Below, piece by piece: positions 1-21,000 of a stretch of DNA of 64,000 bases. The stretch is taken from the NCBI RefSeq assembly GCF_009914755.1, contig NC_060933.1; one strand, written 5' to 3'. The number at the start of each line of letters is the position of its first letter. Within the stretch, counting starts at the first letter, position 1. A program made the position numbers and the translations under genes. The notes below the pieces were generated by a model. The model saw only the letters and a program-made list of their open reading frames with translations. It had not been told where the DNA came from and did not search any database. This stretch comes from the human T2T-CHM13v2.0 reference genome, Homo sapiens.

Positions 1-3000
1 TTAAATTAGTTATACTTAATACAGTTCTCTTTATCCAATTAAAGGCATATCACCCTACATCATCCTGACACCCTTCCCGTCAATAGGTGATTGATTCCAT
101 TCACACATCAATTATTTTTCCTTAAACACAAGGCATGCTTAAGTCTTTTTGTTCAAAACTCAGTGAAGCTGGAACATAGTGTAGTATTAGGCTTTGAAAT
201 TCTAGTTTGAGGAAGATGAATCACTTTTTTTTTTAAGTGGTCCCATTATCCAGGAAAGACTGAGAGGTACAGCAAAAATAGTTGTAAAGTATCAATGTAT
301 AAGAGCGCAGGAGACTGGGGGAAAGGGCTGGGTTTTCTAAGCAAGTGTTACCTTATTCACCCTCAAAGTTATTGGCTTTACAACGGTTGGGGTCAGAGGT
401 CACATTCACAATGTCAAGTGTTTTCTACTGTACTTTTGATTACCACTACTGTCCTCAAATTAATATCCACAAGGAGCCTGAGTCAGTTCCATGAATTTTA
501 AATGGTATAATATCTGCTCTACTACTCTCCAGTGCAAAAACAATGATTTGGTTATTCAAACAACAAACCATCAGATCCTATGGATGTTTTCACTGATTTT
601 TCAGAAATAATAAATTACCAAATTTTAATATTTATTCAAGAAAAATGCTGTTATAATTATTTCTGAATTTAATACTATAATTGAAAAGTCTTATGAATAG
701 TTGGCTGTTTTATTTAAAATATAATGAATCAGCAAATGTAACATTTTTTTGGGTGGTAAAACAGACTCCTGAGATAATTTCTCTATTTTAAGATAATATT
801 GGATCAGATAGATTTAATCTTCCAAAGAATACGGTGTAAAAAGTTGCTTTGCAGTTATATTTTATCATGCAAAAATAACCTCTACTTAATTTCTGCAGTG
901 AATGTATTTAAGTGTATATTAAACATCTCCTACACTCTTTCATGCAAATAAATATGTCAACTGAAGTAACCAAACATTGATACTTGGCAACATTCTATAG
1001 GTTCACAAATTGGCATTGCACGTATTTACTATCCTCTTATCCTCCCCAACCCTATCATCCTTGGGAGAGGTTTGAAGGCCCAGATTTTTATAGCACACCA
1101 TGCATCTAATATTAAAAACTCTACTTCATGTGCGAATATATCATCAACTTGCAGAACACAAGTGGTCTCATAGAGACACAGCAATACGAGTGAAGGCATT
1201 TTATTCAGTGGAAGCATTTTCTCAGATGAGCCTACTCACCTTTGATATGCAAGTCCAGTAAGAAAAAATCTGTAGCCGGAAATGCCAAGACAGGACTAAA
1301 TTAATCATAGCTGCTGCAAATATACAAATTAACAACCTCCCGTTCCTCACTAAATCCTATCCTACTTAGGTTAGGCCATCCCTTAGCTAATGCCCCCTTT
1401 TCTGCCTCATAGAGACACATAAAACACTGATGAAAAAAGAATTGTTCCAAAATCAAAATTCAGTATGAGGCATAAAAATGACAACTGGGAATATATTTCC
1501 CCTATTTAATGGACATTTTCCTATGTTTTTAAATGTGATTAAAGCAATTTTTTTCCACAGCCTCTCTATTAAGCCCCAATATACATAATTTACTACTCAG
1601 TAATAATACTTAAATATGGATCAAGAAAATAAAGGACTACTACAGCCTAAGAATCTGCTGGTGTCTCAGTTTCACATACTTAGGTTTTTCAGGTTATATC
1701 ACTAATTTATCATCAGTTTAAATAAAAATTTGCAGGTGATTTTAAAGCTAAGAATAAATATCTAGCTTTCTGTTAAGATCTTCATATCCTAATTTCAACT
1801 CCAAATTAGCCCATTTTATCCAAACACAAGCCTCTCAAAATAGAGGCTTATGAATGAGATACAGCCACAACCTAATTACAGCAGCATGAACAATGCCACT
1901 AGGATGTCCTCACAGAACTTAAATAAATTCAGCCCACAATGGGTATGGGTACATAATATACACATACTGTATCACTGCATACCAATATATTTACAAATAT
2001 GTATACATATATACAAAAAGTATACACAGAGATTGCATGTAGCATCACAAAAATATACATATGCCATTACAAATAAAATAAGAATTTCAAATAAATAAGG
2101 TCAACAAAAGAGCCCTCAAGGTAAATACCCTCTATGATTTCCAAACACACACAGGAACATATACACCCAAAACATCACCAGGAGACTCATAGCATTCATA
2201 TTCATATCAAATCTTTTACTCAGGGTGGGGAGGTGGTTTTGAATCACTGGCAATGGCCAAATTAGCAGACCTTGGTACCTGACTATATTTCCAGTCCAGA
2301 GTGTTCTCTGTATATCAGGCTGATTACAAGTCTCCATAAATAAAATTTTTCAGCTGGGTCCAAACTGCTTCTCAGAGACAGAAAGTTACTATATCACACA
2401 TGTCAGAGATTAAACTTGGAGGAGAGTGCTAAAGAAAGCTCCATAATACCTAATACATAAATCCGATTTGTCGCTTTTCCCATTATCCTGACTAAATCAG
2501 TATAATTACGACATAATCTGTTTCAGGGAATTCTATTGCACAAAGGAAATAAAGGGCAGTAGCCAGAAGTTGGAGGGGAGGGAACCACCCGGATCCTCTA
2601 TCAGGAAAACTCCAGCCACAATTGGATTGCACTTTGCTTCTGAAATCCTGAAACGTTTCAATTTGGTAAAAATAAAGAGGGTACAATAAATTCTGTGCTT
2701 TGAAAGGTTTGAGAGCACCACTTTCTAAGAGAAACACACACATGCAAATGAAGAATACATCCTGGCTAGAATAAAAGATAAAATGTCAGATTTGTGGATT
2801 TTTACAATAAAAATTTGATACTGTTTTGTGCCAAAATACAAATCCCTAATTATTCTTTCTTGTTCATTATAGAAAGCAGTCTGAGCTACTGAGAAGACTG
2901 GGCTGAGATGAGGAGATCTGAGTTTTAGTTCTAGCTCTATCACTATGAATAGCTTTTTGGGTCTCAGCTTTCTCTTCTGTAAAATAGAGAAGATAGTTGC

Positions 3001-3437
3001 TTTACCAACTTCAGAAATATACAGATAAAGAAAGAGAAAATTCCACTGTGCTTCATTTTGTTTTGTGTATAACTGACTTCTTGCAGTCTTATGCTTTCTA
3101 TGTTGTTTACAGTGATAGTTAAGAGAGATGAGAGACTATCAGAATCTCCAGGGACAGTTTGTGCAATTTGAAAACAAAGGAGTGCTTTTTCCCTTTGCTT
3201 TGCTCTGTTCTTAGTTCCAATATTTAAATTTTTATGAATTATAAAATTAAATACATTAGGGTTTAAATTTTTTTATAAAGGGCAGGTGGTATGCATTTTT
3301 AAAAAATGAAATTCTTTGCCACTATCATCAGCTCAAGCCCATTGGGCAACTGTCCTTTTAGATAATTCTTCTCCCTTGATTAAAGAAATACAGAAGCTGG
3401 GTAAGGTACAAGGAGGATTTATTAAACTGTATGTTTA

Positions 3438-3991
<554 letters not shown>

Positions 3992-5127
3992 TGATCACTC
4001 TTTTAAACATTGTTCTTCTCTTAAGAAAACAAACAAAAGATTTACCTTACCATAATCTACACTTTTCCATCCTACTTAACATTTTCTAACATAAATTACT
4101 TATGTTTATTGCCTTACTCCTTCTACTAGAATGTAAGCTTCATGAACATGAGGATTTTTAAGTCTATTTTGTTTGCTTCCCCAATGCCCAGAAGAAAATC
4201 TGGAGTATAGTCTTTGTTTAATACGCATTTTTTTGAAGGCATCAATGAAACAATAACATTTTCCAGCACAGTTTTCCTCTCTTTGAAGATTCAAGATCAC
4301 TTCAGTCCACTTTAGATTTTTAACTACCAGTAAGGAATTACACTATTAGCTTAAGGGGCAACATCATAAGGGTCAATGTTGTGATTTCTAAGACCCTCAT
4401 TTTTAGACAAGCATGTTTCTAATCATAAAAGCTCTAATTTCCTCAGGAGAGTCTCTGTCTGTACTAGTTTCTAAAACAGCTAAGTGGGACCCAGATTTTC
4501 TTGAACAAAATCTAGGTAAATATGACTTACAAAAGAAAAGGTTGTGTACACTACAAACAGGGTAAATAGTTCTCTTGGTGGTTGGAGTGGGGAAATCAAT
4601 ATTTTTGGAACCAAGAGTCCAAATTACAGAATCAGAGTTGGAGAAGACCTGGGCCAACCTCTTCATTTTACAGATGAGAGTGCTAACAAGCAGAGACATG
4701 AAGACAGTTGTCAAAGGGCATAACGCTTAAGTTACCAGGAAAGCCAGGACTAGAACTTAGGTCTCCTAGTTCTCAGACCAGTGTTCTTTATGCTTAACGG
4801 GGGAGGATAAAGCTCAGAACAGTAAATACTATTTTAAACATTAGAGGACAGGAAACTCTGTGTTGGTAGGAGCATAACTGGCACAGGACTTAAGGGGAAT
4901 TGAAACAAGAGGTCAGAAAACCGAAGATAGTCTATTGCTGTAGTTCAATGAACACTGTTACTAAAGGAAAGCTATGAAGTTTATTAAGATACTGAAAAAA
5001 AAGGAAAGCAGTCTTTACCTGAAAATGAAAACCCACTAGCAAAGGAAATCTTTCCAGGGTAACTTTTCCCAAGCTTTCTGAAATACTGTTTGAAAGAACA
5101 AACAAAAAAATTTTTAAAAAGTAAACA

Positions 5128-5440
<313 letters not shown>

Positions 5441-5586
5441 GTAAAATACTCCCCAAGTCCCCAAACCCCAAAAACAGTAACTTTGGACTTCAGGTTTGAA
5501 AAATCAGCAAATCAAAGCAGGAATGGGAATAACTTAGACCCAAATTAGTCTCTATGCCAGAAATGAAAACCAAGTTAAAAATAATA

Positions 5587-5883
<297 letters not shown>

Positions 5884-7167
5884 TTAGAGTATAATTTACC
5901 TAGGGCCATGGGAAAGAGATATCAAAAGCAATCAGCTCACTTCTCCTGGGACTGCCAGATGTGATCCTGTACAGAAAATTAGGTATAAGGCCTTCTCATT
6001 CATAGATTTCTGAAATTGAATGCTGCATAATCAAAAAGGAGGGAGGACTTCATAGCAAGTGACTGTGAAATTATAAAGGGAATGACAGGGAAGGAAAACA
6101 CAAAAAAGAAAAATCTTTATAATATACACTGAGTCCTATTTAAGATAATAAAAATTTTGTGCATGAATATAAAATACTAAATACAGGGAATGTTAATAAA
6201 TCTTATTTCCAAATTACCAATGCAAAATCAACTTACATTTTAGGTTTCATAACACCCAGTTACCCCTTACCAAAATTTAAAACATCTATGACTTTGAAGT
6301 CTCATAAATTTGAATGAGGCAAAAAATTAAAACTTTATGTCACAGACATCAATCCAGTCTTTAAATGTGATCTCATAAACCAAGAGTTTAAATAGAATTC
6401 CTATTGGAGACATTGTATTATGAAACCAATGACATGGTTTTTTGACTAAAATATTTCAAAGTTGTTTCCTTTTTCATTTCCAGCATTCACAGACTACAAA
6501 GAAAATATGCAAATAAATCTCATAATACTCATACATTCCAAGTAATATTACCACCTCAAGTCCTCAATCAAGATGTAGCTTTCAGATGCAATTCAATCCA
6601 ATTTCTGAAATTATGACAGTATTGAAAGAAATTAAATGATTTCAAAAAACTGGCTTGATCATGTTTCAAAGGATCAAACATTTTTCTACCAGCTAAGTTG
6701 GAATGAGAAAAAATATATTATGGAGGGACTCTGTTCTTGATTTTCAGTAGTCCATGGTGGCTAGCTTCATCATTATGAACCATTACATATTTCCAAATCC
6801 AGACATTTAACTTAGGTCCAAGTATAAGAGTTGGATTTACCTCATTATACAAAAATAAATGATTTACTCTTCTCAGGGTGAGAATAGTGACTATTTGAGT
6901 GTAGGATTAGAAGTTGGAGGTAAATATCCATCCCTCAAAATCAAAAAATAAAAATTCCAAGGTTAAGATTTTAAAAGACCTGAAAGGTTGCATTTTAAAA
7001 CAGTTACCCTAAAAGTGTGAACATTTTTTTGTTTGTTTTTAAAATGGTGGCCCTAAATTAAAAAATAAAAACTAAGTAACACCACTATGTGTCTTATCAC
7101 GTTAGAAAACTGCACCATTTAAAATTTGTGGAAAATGAAAACTTGTTTCGACAACAGGGTTTTTGTT

Positions 7168-7314
7168 TTAATAGTCATCAATGGTATTCTCAAAGAACAC
7201 GTTTCGAACATCCAGAATGGATGCTAATTCCAAAATGTGCTTCTGGAGATGAGGATTCTCCACTGTTTCATCCCTTGGCAGTTGTGGATATGATTCTGGA
7301 TAATTTCGTGTTTC
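7168..7314 (-). CDS. SCAI: SCAI terminal exon coding part, ETRNYPESYPQLPRDETVENPHLQKHILELASILDVRNVFFENTIDDY*
   Basis: 147 bp including TAA at 7170-7168; pyrimidine-rich acceptor ...ttctttgcctaccag|; matches recalled SCAI C-terminus. Confidence 0.96.
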   Translation of the reverse strand, partial: ETRNYPESYPQLPRDETVENPHLQKHILELASILDVRNVFFENTIDDY

Positions 7315-8504
7315 CTGGTAGGCAAAGAAGAGAAAAGTCAAGTTTTGTAGTCTAATGAAAGAAAATTATACACATTGATAACAGTGTCAAGGAGTAATAT
7401 GTATTTTCACTTTTATACTGGAATGATTCTTATTAATATATTTGTTGAATATTGAATTGCTGATATTTAACCATTTTGACCTCTAAAAATGACAGTTTCA
7501 GATGAATCAATGTAATATATTCATTTAGTGAGTTATTCCACAAATGTTTACTGAGGCCTATTGTTGCTAGACACTATGCTCTGTATCACGTGGAAACCAT
7601 ATAATTCATGCTACTGGGGGGAAAATCCTAACACATATAGAATTTCAACAAGTATATGTTAAATAAATAAAAAGATATTGCTTTGGAAATTAAAATGAGG
7701 CTGGGGCAGCCGGGCACCATGGCTCACGCCTGTAATCCCAGCACTTTGGGAGGCCGAAGCGGGCAGATCATGAGGTCAGGAGTTTGAGACCAGCCTGGCC
7801 AACATGCTGAAACCCCATCTCTACTAAAATACAAAAATTAGCCGGGCATGGTGGTGGGCACCTGTAATCTCAGCTATTCAGGAGGCTGAGGCAGGAGAAC
7901 TGCTTGAACCCGGGAGGCGGAGGTTGCAGTGAGTTGAGATCACGCCATTGCACTCCAGCCCAGGTGTTTCACCATGTTGGCCAGCCTGGTCTCGAACTCC
8001 TGAACTCAGGTGATCTGCCCGCCTCAGCCTCCCAAAGTGTTGGGATTACAGGCGTGAGCCACCGTGCCCGGCCTAGAAATTCTTCTTCATTTGGTAAGTT
8101 CTATAAACTATAATCCTGCCATACATTTAAAATTTCCTGAAGAAGTTGCTACTTTTCTGTACATTTCATGCAACAGTTCATACATACAAATGTTAACTTC
8201 TCTCTACCTATAGGACTCACTCACACATTACAAAAATAAATTTTTTTTTTTGAGATAAAATCTCACTGTGTTGCCCAGGCTGGCTTACTGCAGCCTTGCA
8301 ATGAGCTCAAGCAATCCTCCCACCTCAGTCTCCCAAGAAGCTGGCACCACAGGTGTGCACAACCATGCGCAGCTAATTTTGGTATTTTTTGTAGAGACAG
8401 GGTCTTGCCATGTTGGTCTTGAACTCCTGAGCTCAACCAATCTACACGCCTCGGGCCTCCCCAAGTGCTGGGATTACAGGCGTGAGCCACTGCACCCAGC
8501 CCTA

Positions 8505-13380
<4,876 letters not shown>

Positions 13381-13446
13381 CGTAGCTTCAATTTGCATTG
13401 AACTAAACTTTTAATTTTGATGAAATTTTATTTTTTAAGAATTTTG

Positions 13447-13663
13447 TTCCCCTTCCTGTGTCCATGTGTTCTCATTGTTCAATGGGAGGGATAGCATTAG
13501 GAGATATACCTAATGCTAAATGACGAGTTAATGGGTGCAGCACACCAACATGGCACATGTATACATATGTAACAAACCTGCATGTTGTGCACATGTACCC
13601 TAAAACTTAAAGTATAATAATAATAAAATTTAAAAAAAAAAGCATTTCAAATGAAAAAAAAAA
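13447..13663 (+). mobile_element. Short L1PA 3' fragment with 5' inversion
   Basis: Inverted piece to 13483, then sense L1 3' end and A tail; TSD aagaattttg at 13437-13446 and 13664-13673. Confidence 0.88.
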
Positions 13664-13824
13664 AAGAATTTTGATGAAATTTTAAATACCCCTACATATC
13701 CATCAGAATGGTCAGATTTAAAAGTCTGACAACAATGTTGGCAAGAATGAAAAGCAACCTTCAAAAGCTACTGGTGGGAATGTAACTATGGTACAACCAC
13801 TTTGAGATAAGGCCTAGCAATTTC

Positions 13825-13855
<31 letters not shown>

Positions 13856-14469
13856 TATATATACACATATATATATATACACACATATATATACACACAT
13901 ATATATATATATAAAATACTTTAAGTTCTAGGGTACATGTGCCATGCAGGTTTGTTACATATGTACACATGTGCCATGTTGGTGTGCTGCACCCATTAAC
14001 TCGTCATTTACATTAGGTATATCTCCTAACGCTATCCCTCCCCCATCCCCCCCACCCCACAATAGGCCCCGATGTGTGATGTTCCCCTTCCTGTGTCCAA
14101 GTGTTCTCATTGTTCAGTTCCCACCTATGAGTGAGAAGATGTGGTGTTTGGTTTTTTGTCCTTGCGACAGTTTGCTGAGAATGATGGTTTCCACCTTCAT
14201 CAATGTCCCCACAAAGGACATGAACTCATCCTTTTTTATGGATGCATAGTATTCCATGGTGTATATGTGCCACATTTGCTTAATCCAGTCTATCATTGAT
14301 GGACATTTGGGTTGGTTCCAAGTCTTTGCTACTGTGAATAGTGCCGCAATAAACATATATGTGCATGTGTCTTTATAGCAGCATGATTTATAATCCTTTG
14401 GGTATATACCCAGTAATGGGATTGCTGGGTCAAACGGTATTTCTAGTTCTAGATCCCTGAGGAATCACT
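13825..14469 (-). mobile_element. L1PA 3' fragment whose tail has become a (TA)n/(CA)n microsatellite (13825-13912)
   Basis: ORF2 C-terminus MFIAALFTVAKTWNQPKCPS (ORF 14114..14356); TSD gcaatttc at 13817-13824 and 14470-14477. Confidence 0.9.
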
Positions 14470-15733
14470 GCAATTTCTTATAAAACTAAACACATACCAA
14501 TACTATGACCAAAAAAATTCAAAACAAATGTCTGTGCAAAGGCTTGTACAAGCCTTTTTATAATAAAAAGCGGTTTTATTTCTATTAGCCAACTATTTAT
14601 TTATTTAAAGACAGGAACTCCCTCTCTCACCCAGGCTGGAATGCAGTGGCGTGATCATAATTCACTGTAACATGGAACTGCTGGGGCTCAAGCGACGCCC
14701 CAGCTTTGGCCTCCTGAAGTATTCAGATTACAGACAGGAGCCACCATGCCCTGGCCCGTAATAGCCAACACTGTACAACTGCCATGTATTCATCAGGAGG
14801 AGAATGCCTGAACTGTGGTATGCTCAGACAATGGAATACTACTCAGTAACAAAAAGGAATGAGCTACTGATATCTGAAACAACTGGAATGAATCTCAAGC
14901 ACAATGCAATGCTTAGTCACAGAAGGTTTACACAAGAGTCCATACTGTGTGAGTCAAGTTCACGAACAGATGCAAGTAATCTCGAGTGAAAACAATCACA
15001 AGAGTGACAGCCTCTGGGGTAATGGGTACTGGACTGACTAAAAAGGAGGATAGAAGGAACAATCTGGAATGATGCTATCTTGTACAAATTGACAAAGGTT
15101 TAGGTTACACAGATGTATTTCCTCAAAACTCACTTAATGGTAAACTTTAATTTTGTGCATTTCACTGTATGTAAACTTTACATAAAAAAGAATTAGTAGG
15201 TGGGTCACAGTGGCTCATGCCTATTACCCCACTTTGGGAGGCCAAGGTGGGAGGATTGCTTGAGGCCAGAAGTTTGAGGCCACCCTGGGCAATGCAGCAA
15301 AACCCCATCTCTACAAAAAAATTTAAAAATTAGCTGGGCATGTTGGTGCACCGTACTCAGGTGGTCCCAGCTATTCAGGAGGCTAGAAGCAGGAGGACTG
15401 CTTGAGCCCAGGAGACTGAGGCTGCAGTAAGCTACAATTGCATCCCTGTACTCCAAACTGCATGACAGACAGAGACTCTGTCTCAAATTAAAAAAAAAAA
15501 AAAAAAAATTAGTAGTTGGGCAGTGGCAATGTGCCTATAGTTCCAGCTATGTTTGATGCTGAGGCAGGAGGATAGCTTGAATCCAGAAGTTCAAGATCAG
15601 CCTAGGCAACATAGGAAGATCTCATCTCATTAAAAAAAAAAAAAGTAAACATATTACATATATGCATGATGAAGTGTTTGTGGGTGACGTCCGCAATTTA
15701 CTTCAAAATGCATTAAAAAATAAGATGGTGTCA

Positions 15734-16072
<339 letters not shown>

Positions 16073-16212
16073 TCAGAACTCAAATATAGCTGACCCCTGA
16101 ACAATGCAGGGGTTAGGGATGCTGAGCCCCCTCCCTAACACAGTTAAAAATCCATGTATAACTTTCAACTCCCTGAAAAATCCATGTATAACTTTTAACT
16201 ACCTGAAATTTA

Positions 16213-17059
<847 letters not shown>

Positions 17060-17110
17060 ATAGCCTACCAGTAACTAGAAACCTTACAGATAACATAAAC
17101 AGTCAATTAA

Positions 17111-17287
<177 letters not shown>

Positions 17288-17488
17288 TAGCCGGGATTAC
17301 AGGTGCATGCCACCACAGATGGCTAATTTTTGTATTTTTAGTAGAGATGGGGTTTCACCATGTTGGCCAGGCTGGTCTTGAACTCCTGACCTCAGGTGAT
17401 GTACCCTCCTCAGCCTCCCATAGTGCTGGGATTACAGGCGTGAGCCACCACACCCAGCCTATATACTGTATTCTTACAATACAGTTAG

Positions 17489-17731
<243 letters not shown>

Positions 17732-17891
17732 TGATCTGCCCACCTTGGCCTCCCAAAGTGCTGGGATTACAGGCGTGAGCCACAGCGCCGGGCTGAGAAA
17801 AGAAAATGTTACTAAGAAAATTGGCCAGGGCTGAGCACGGTGGCTCACACCTGTAATCCTAGCACTTTAGGAGGCTGAGGCAGGAGGATCA

Positions 17892-18116
<225 letters not shown>

Positions 18117-20446
18117 TCAAAAAAAAAAAAAAAAAAAAAAAAAGGAAAAAGAAAATCATAAGGAAGAGAAATATATTTACTATTCATTAAATGGAAGTGG
18201 ATTATCATAAAGGTCTTCATCCTCATTGCCTTCACATTGAGTAGGCTGTGGAGGAGGAGGAGGGGTTGGTCTTGCTGTCTCAGGGGTGGCAGAGAGAGGA
18301 GAGGTGAAGGAGATGGAAGGGGAGGCAGGAGAGACAGGCAACTGGGTATAATTTTATGCAAATATGTCATAATTTGTGTCTGACATTTCTGCTTTTTCAT
18401 TTCTCTAAAATGTTTCTATATGGCACCAATCCTTCCACTATTTGCTTTCATTTCAGTGTCCATTATCATAGAAGCATCCATCTCATAGAAGTCAAAAGCC
18501 CAATCCTGAATAATCTAAACCCTTCTGCTGGGTTGTCTAATGTCCATTTGTTTTCTGCCACTGCTTCTTCTATGTCTGCTTCCTGGCACTGGTTCAGAAA
18601 CATTCATGTCCACCCCACGTCATCTTCTGTTAATTCTTCTGGTGTGGTGTCTATTAGCTCTTGAATTTCTCCAAGATCTGTATCTCGAAACCCTTCACTC
18701 CCCACCCTTTTTGCCACATCCACAATCTCTTTCATGATTTCCTTGATTGTCACAAATCCTCTGAAGTCATGCACAACATCTAGACACAGTTTTCTCCAGC
18801 AGGAATGATTCCAGGCTTGATGGCTTTCAAGCCTTTTTCTGTAATAATGATGGCATTTCCAATGGTGGAATCCTTTCAGGCTTTCATGATGTTCTCTCCA
18901 TTGGGGGTTCTCTTCCATAGTTTTGATAATACATACTCTGTGTAATGAACCTTAAAGGTCCTTAGGACCCCCCATCTAGAGGCTGACATTGTGTTCTGGG
19001 GCAAGTAGGCCACTTTGATACCTTCAGTATAGAATTAATGGGGTTCTGGACAGCCACGGCATTGCCAAATATCAAAAAAACTTTAAAAGGTAGTCCCTTA
19101 CTGGCAAGGTACTTCCTGATTTCAAGGACACAGCATCAACGAAACTAATCTGGAAGAAAGTTCCTGTTGTCCAGACCTTCTTGTTGTACTGGCAGCTGGT
19201 GTTTATCTTTTCTGTCAAGGTGCATTAGCAGCTTTATAGATAAAGACTCTCCTGATCATAAACCCAAGTGCATTTGCACAAAATAACAGAGTTGTCTATC
19301 CCTTCCTGTTTAAATCCTGGTGTTCACTTCTCTTCCTTACTAATAAATGTCTTTTGTGGCAGGTTTTTTTTTTTTTTCCAGAAAAGGTACTTTCTGGGAA
19401 CTTGTCTGCTGCCTCTTGGTTGGCAGAAGCTGCTTCTCGTGTTATCTTAACATTTTTAAAGCCAAAGCTCTTTCGAAAATTATCAAACCCTTTCTTGCCA
19501 GAATTTAATTCTCTAGCTGTAGATCCTTCACTTTCCTTTTGCTTTGTTATATAATGAGTTTGCTTTTTCTCAAATCATAATATATGTCTTTTTTTTGTGT
19601 GTATGTCGGGGGGGAATGGAGTCTTGCTCTGTCGCCCAGGCTGGAGTCCAGTGGTGTGATCTCAGCTCACTGCAACCTCCGCCTTCTGGTTTCAAGCAGT
19701 TCTCCTGTCTCAGCCTCCCGAGTAGCTGAGACTACAGGCTCACGCCACGACGCCCAGCTAATTTTTATATTTTTAGTAGAGACGAGGGTTTCACCATATT
19801 GGTCAGGCTGGTCTTGAAATCTTGACCTAAGGTGATCCACCCTCTGTGGCCTCCCAAAGTGCTGGGATTACAGGCGTGAGCTACTGTGCCCGGCCTGTAA
19901 GTATGTCTTATAGCAACCTTGCACCTACATAAACGCTACATTTTCATTATGAGATAAAAAGGTATTTCACAAAAAGTGTAAGGTTTTCATGCCTGCTAAC
20001 GTAGCTACAGTGATGGCTTCACAAATTTTCTTTTCTTTTTTTACAACACTCCTTACTGGATTAATTTATCTTGAAATGGCAGGCAACCACAATGGCAAAC
20101 CTTGATCTATGGTACATATCAAGCAATTCAACTTTTTCTTGTAATGTCATGACTTTTCATTGCTTCTTGGGAGCACTTGAAGCATCACTTCATATGGATC
20201 CCATGGTGTTATGCAAGGTTTACTACAGTACTGCACTAAACACAATAAAAAATATGTGAGAACCACTAGAGATCATTTTTTATTACAATACACAATTTAC
20301 TGGAGAGACAAACTGCTCACGGAAATGACAGGCATTCTAAGCAGTACTTGCAACACTTGAGCTTACTGCCAGAGCAACAGGATGTGGCTACCAAATTATT
20401 ACAGTAGTACAGTAGGCACTACAGTGATTTTATGCAGTTATGATTT

Positions 20447-20788
20447 TTTAAAATTATACTTTAAGTTCTAGGGTACATGTGCACACGTGCAGGTTTGTTA
20501 CATATGTATACATGTGCCATGTTGGTGTGCTGCACCCATTAACTTGTCATTTACATTAGGTATATCTCCTAATGCTATCCCTCCCCCCTCCCCCGACCCC
20601 ACAACAGGCCCCGGTGTGTGATGTTCCCCTTCCTGTGTCCATGTGCTCTCATTGTTCAATTCCCACCTATGAGTGAGAACATGCGGTGTTTGGTTTTTTG
20701 TCCTTCCATAAAAAATGATGAGTTCATGTCCTTTGTAGGGACATGGATGAAGCTGGAAACCATCATTCTCAGCAAACTATCACAAGGA
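20447..20788 (-). mobile_element. L1PA 3' fragment with 5' inversion (twin priming), inside Tigger2
   Basis: L1 3' UTR on the minus strand 20447-20705, then an inverted ORF2-end piece 20706-20788; TSD cagttatgattt at 20435-20446 and 20789-20800. Confidence 0.9.
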
Positions 20789-21000
20789 CAGTTATGATTT
20801 AATATTGCATCATTACTTTTGTTTACACTTCTCTGGACTGTGAATGGTACCATATATGGTCTGTAAGTGTGTGCATAAATTTTAATCATTCATAATAGAT
20901 TTGTATATATCTTATAGTAGTAAATGATAAAATAGACTAGTGTCTACATATATTTTATGTATTCATGATATACCTTTTTCTTAATTTATTCAATATTTCT

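Noticed and set aside
14114-14356. L1 ORF2 C-terminal peptide ORF
   Set aside because: Part of a 5'-truncated L1 and not an expressible gene
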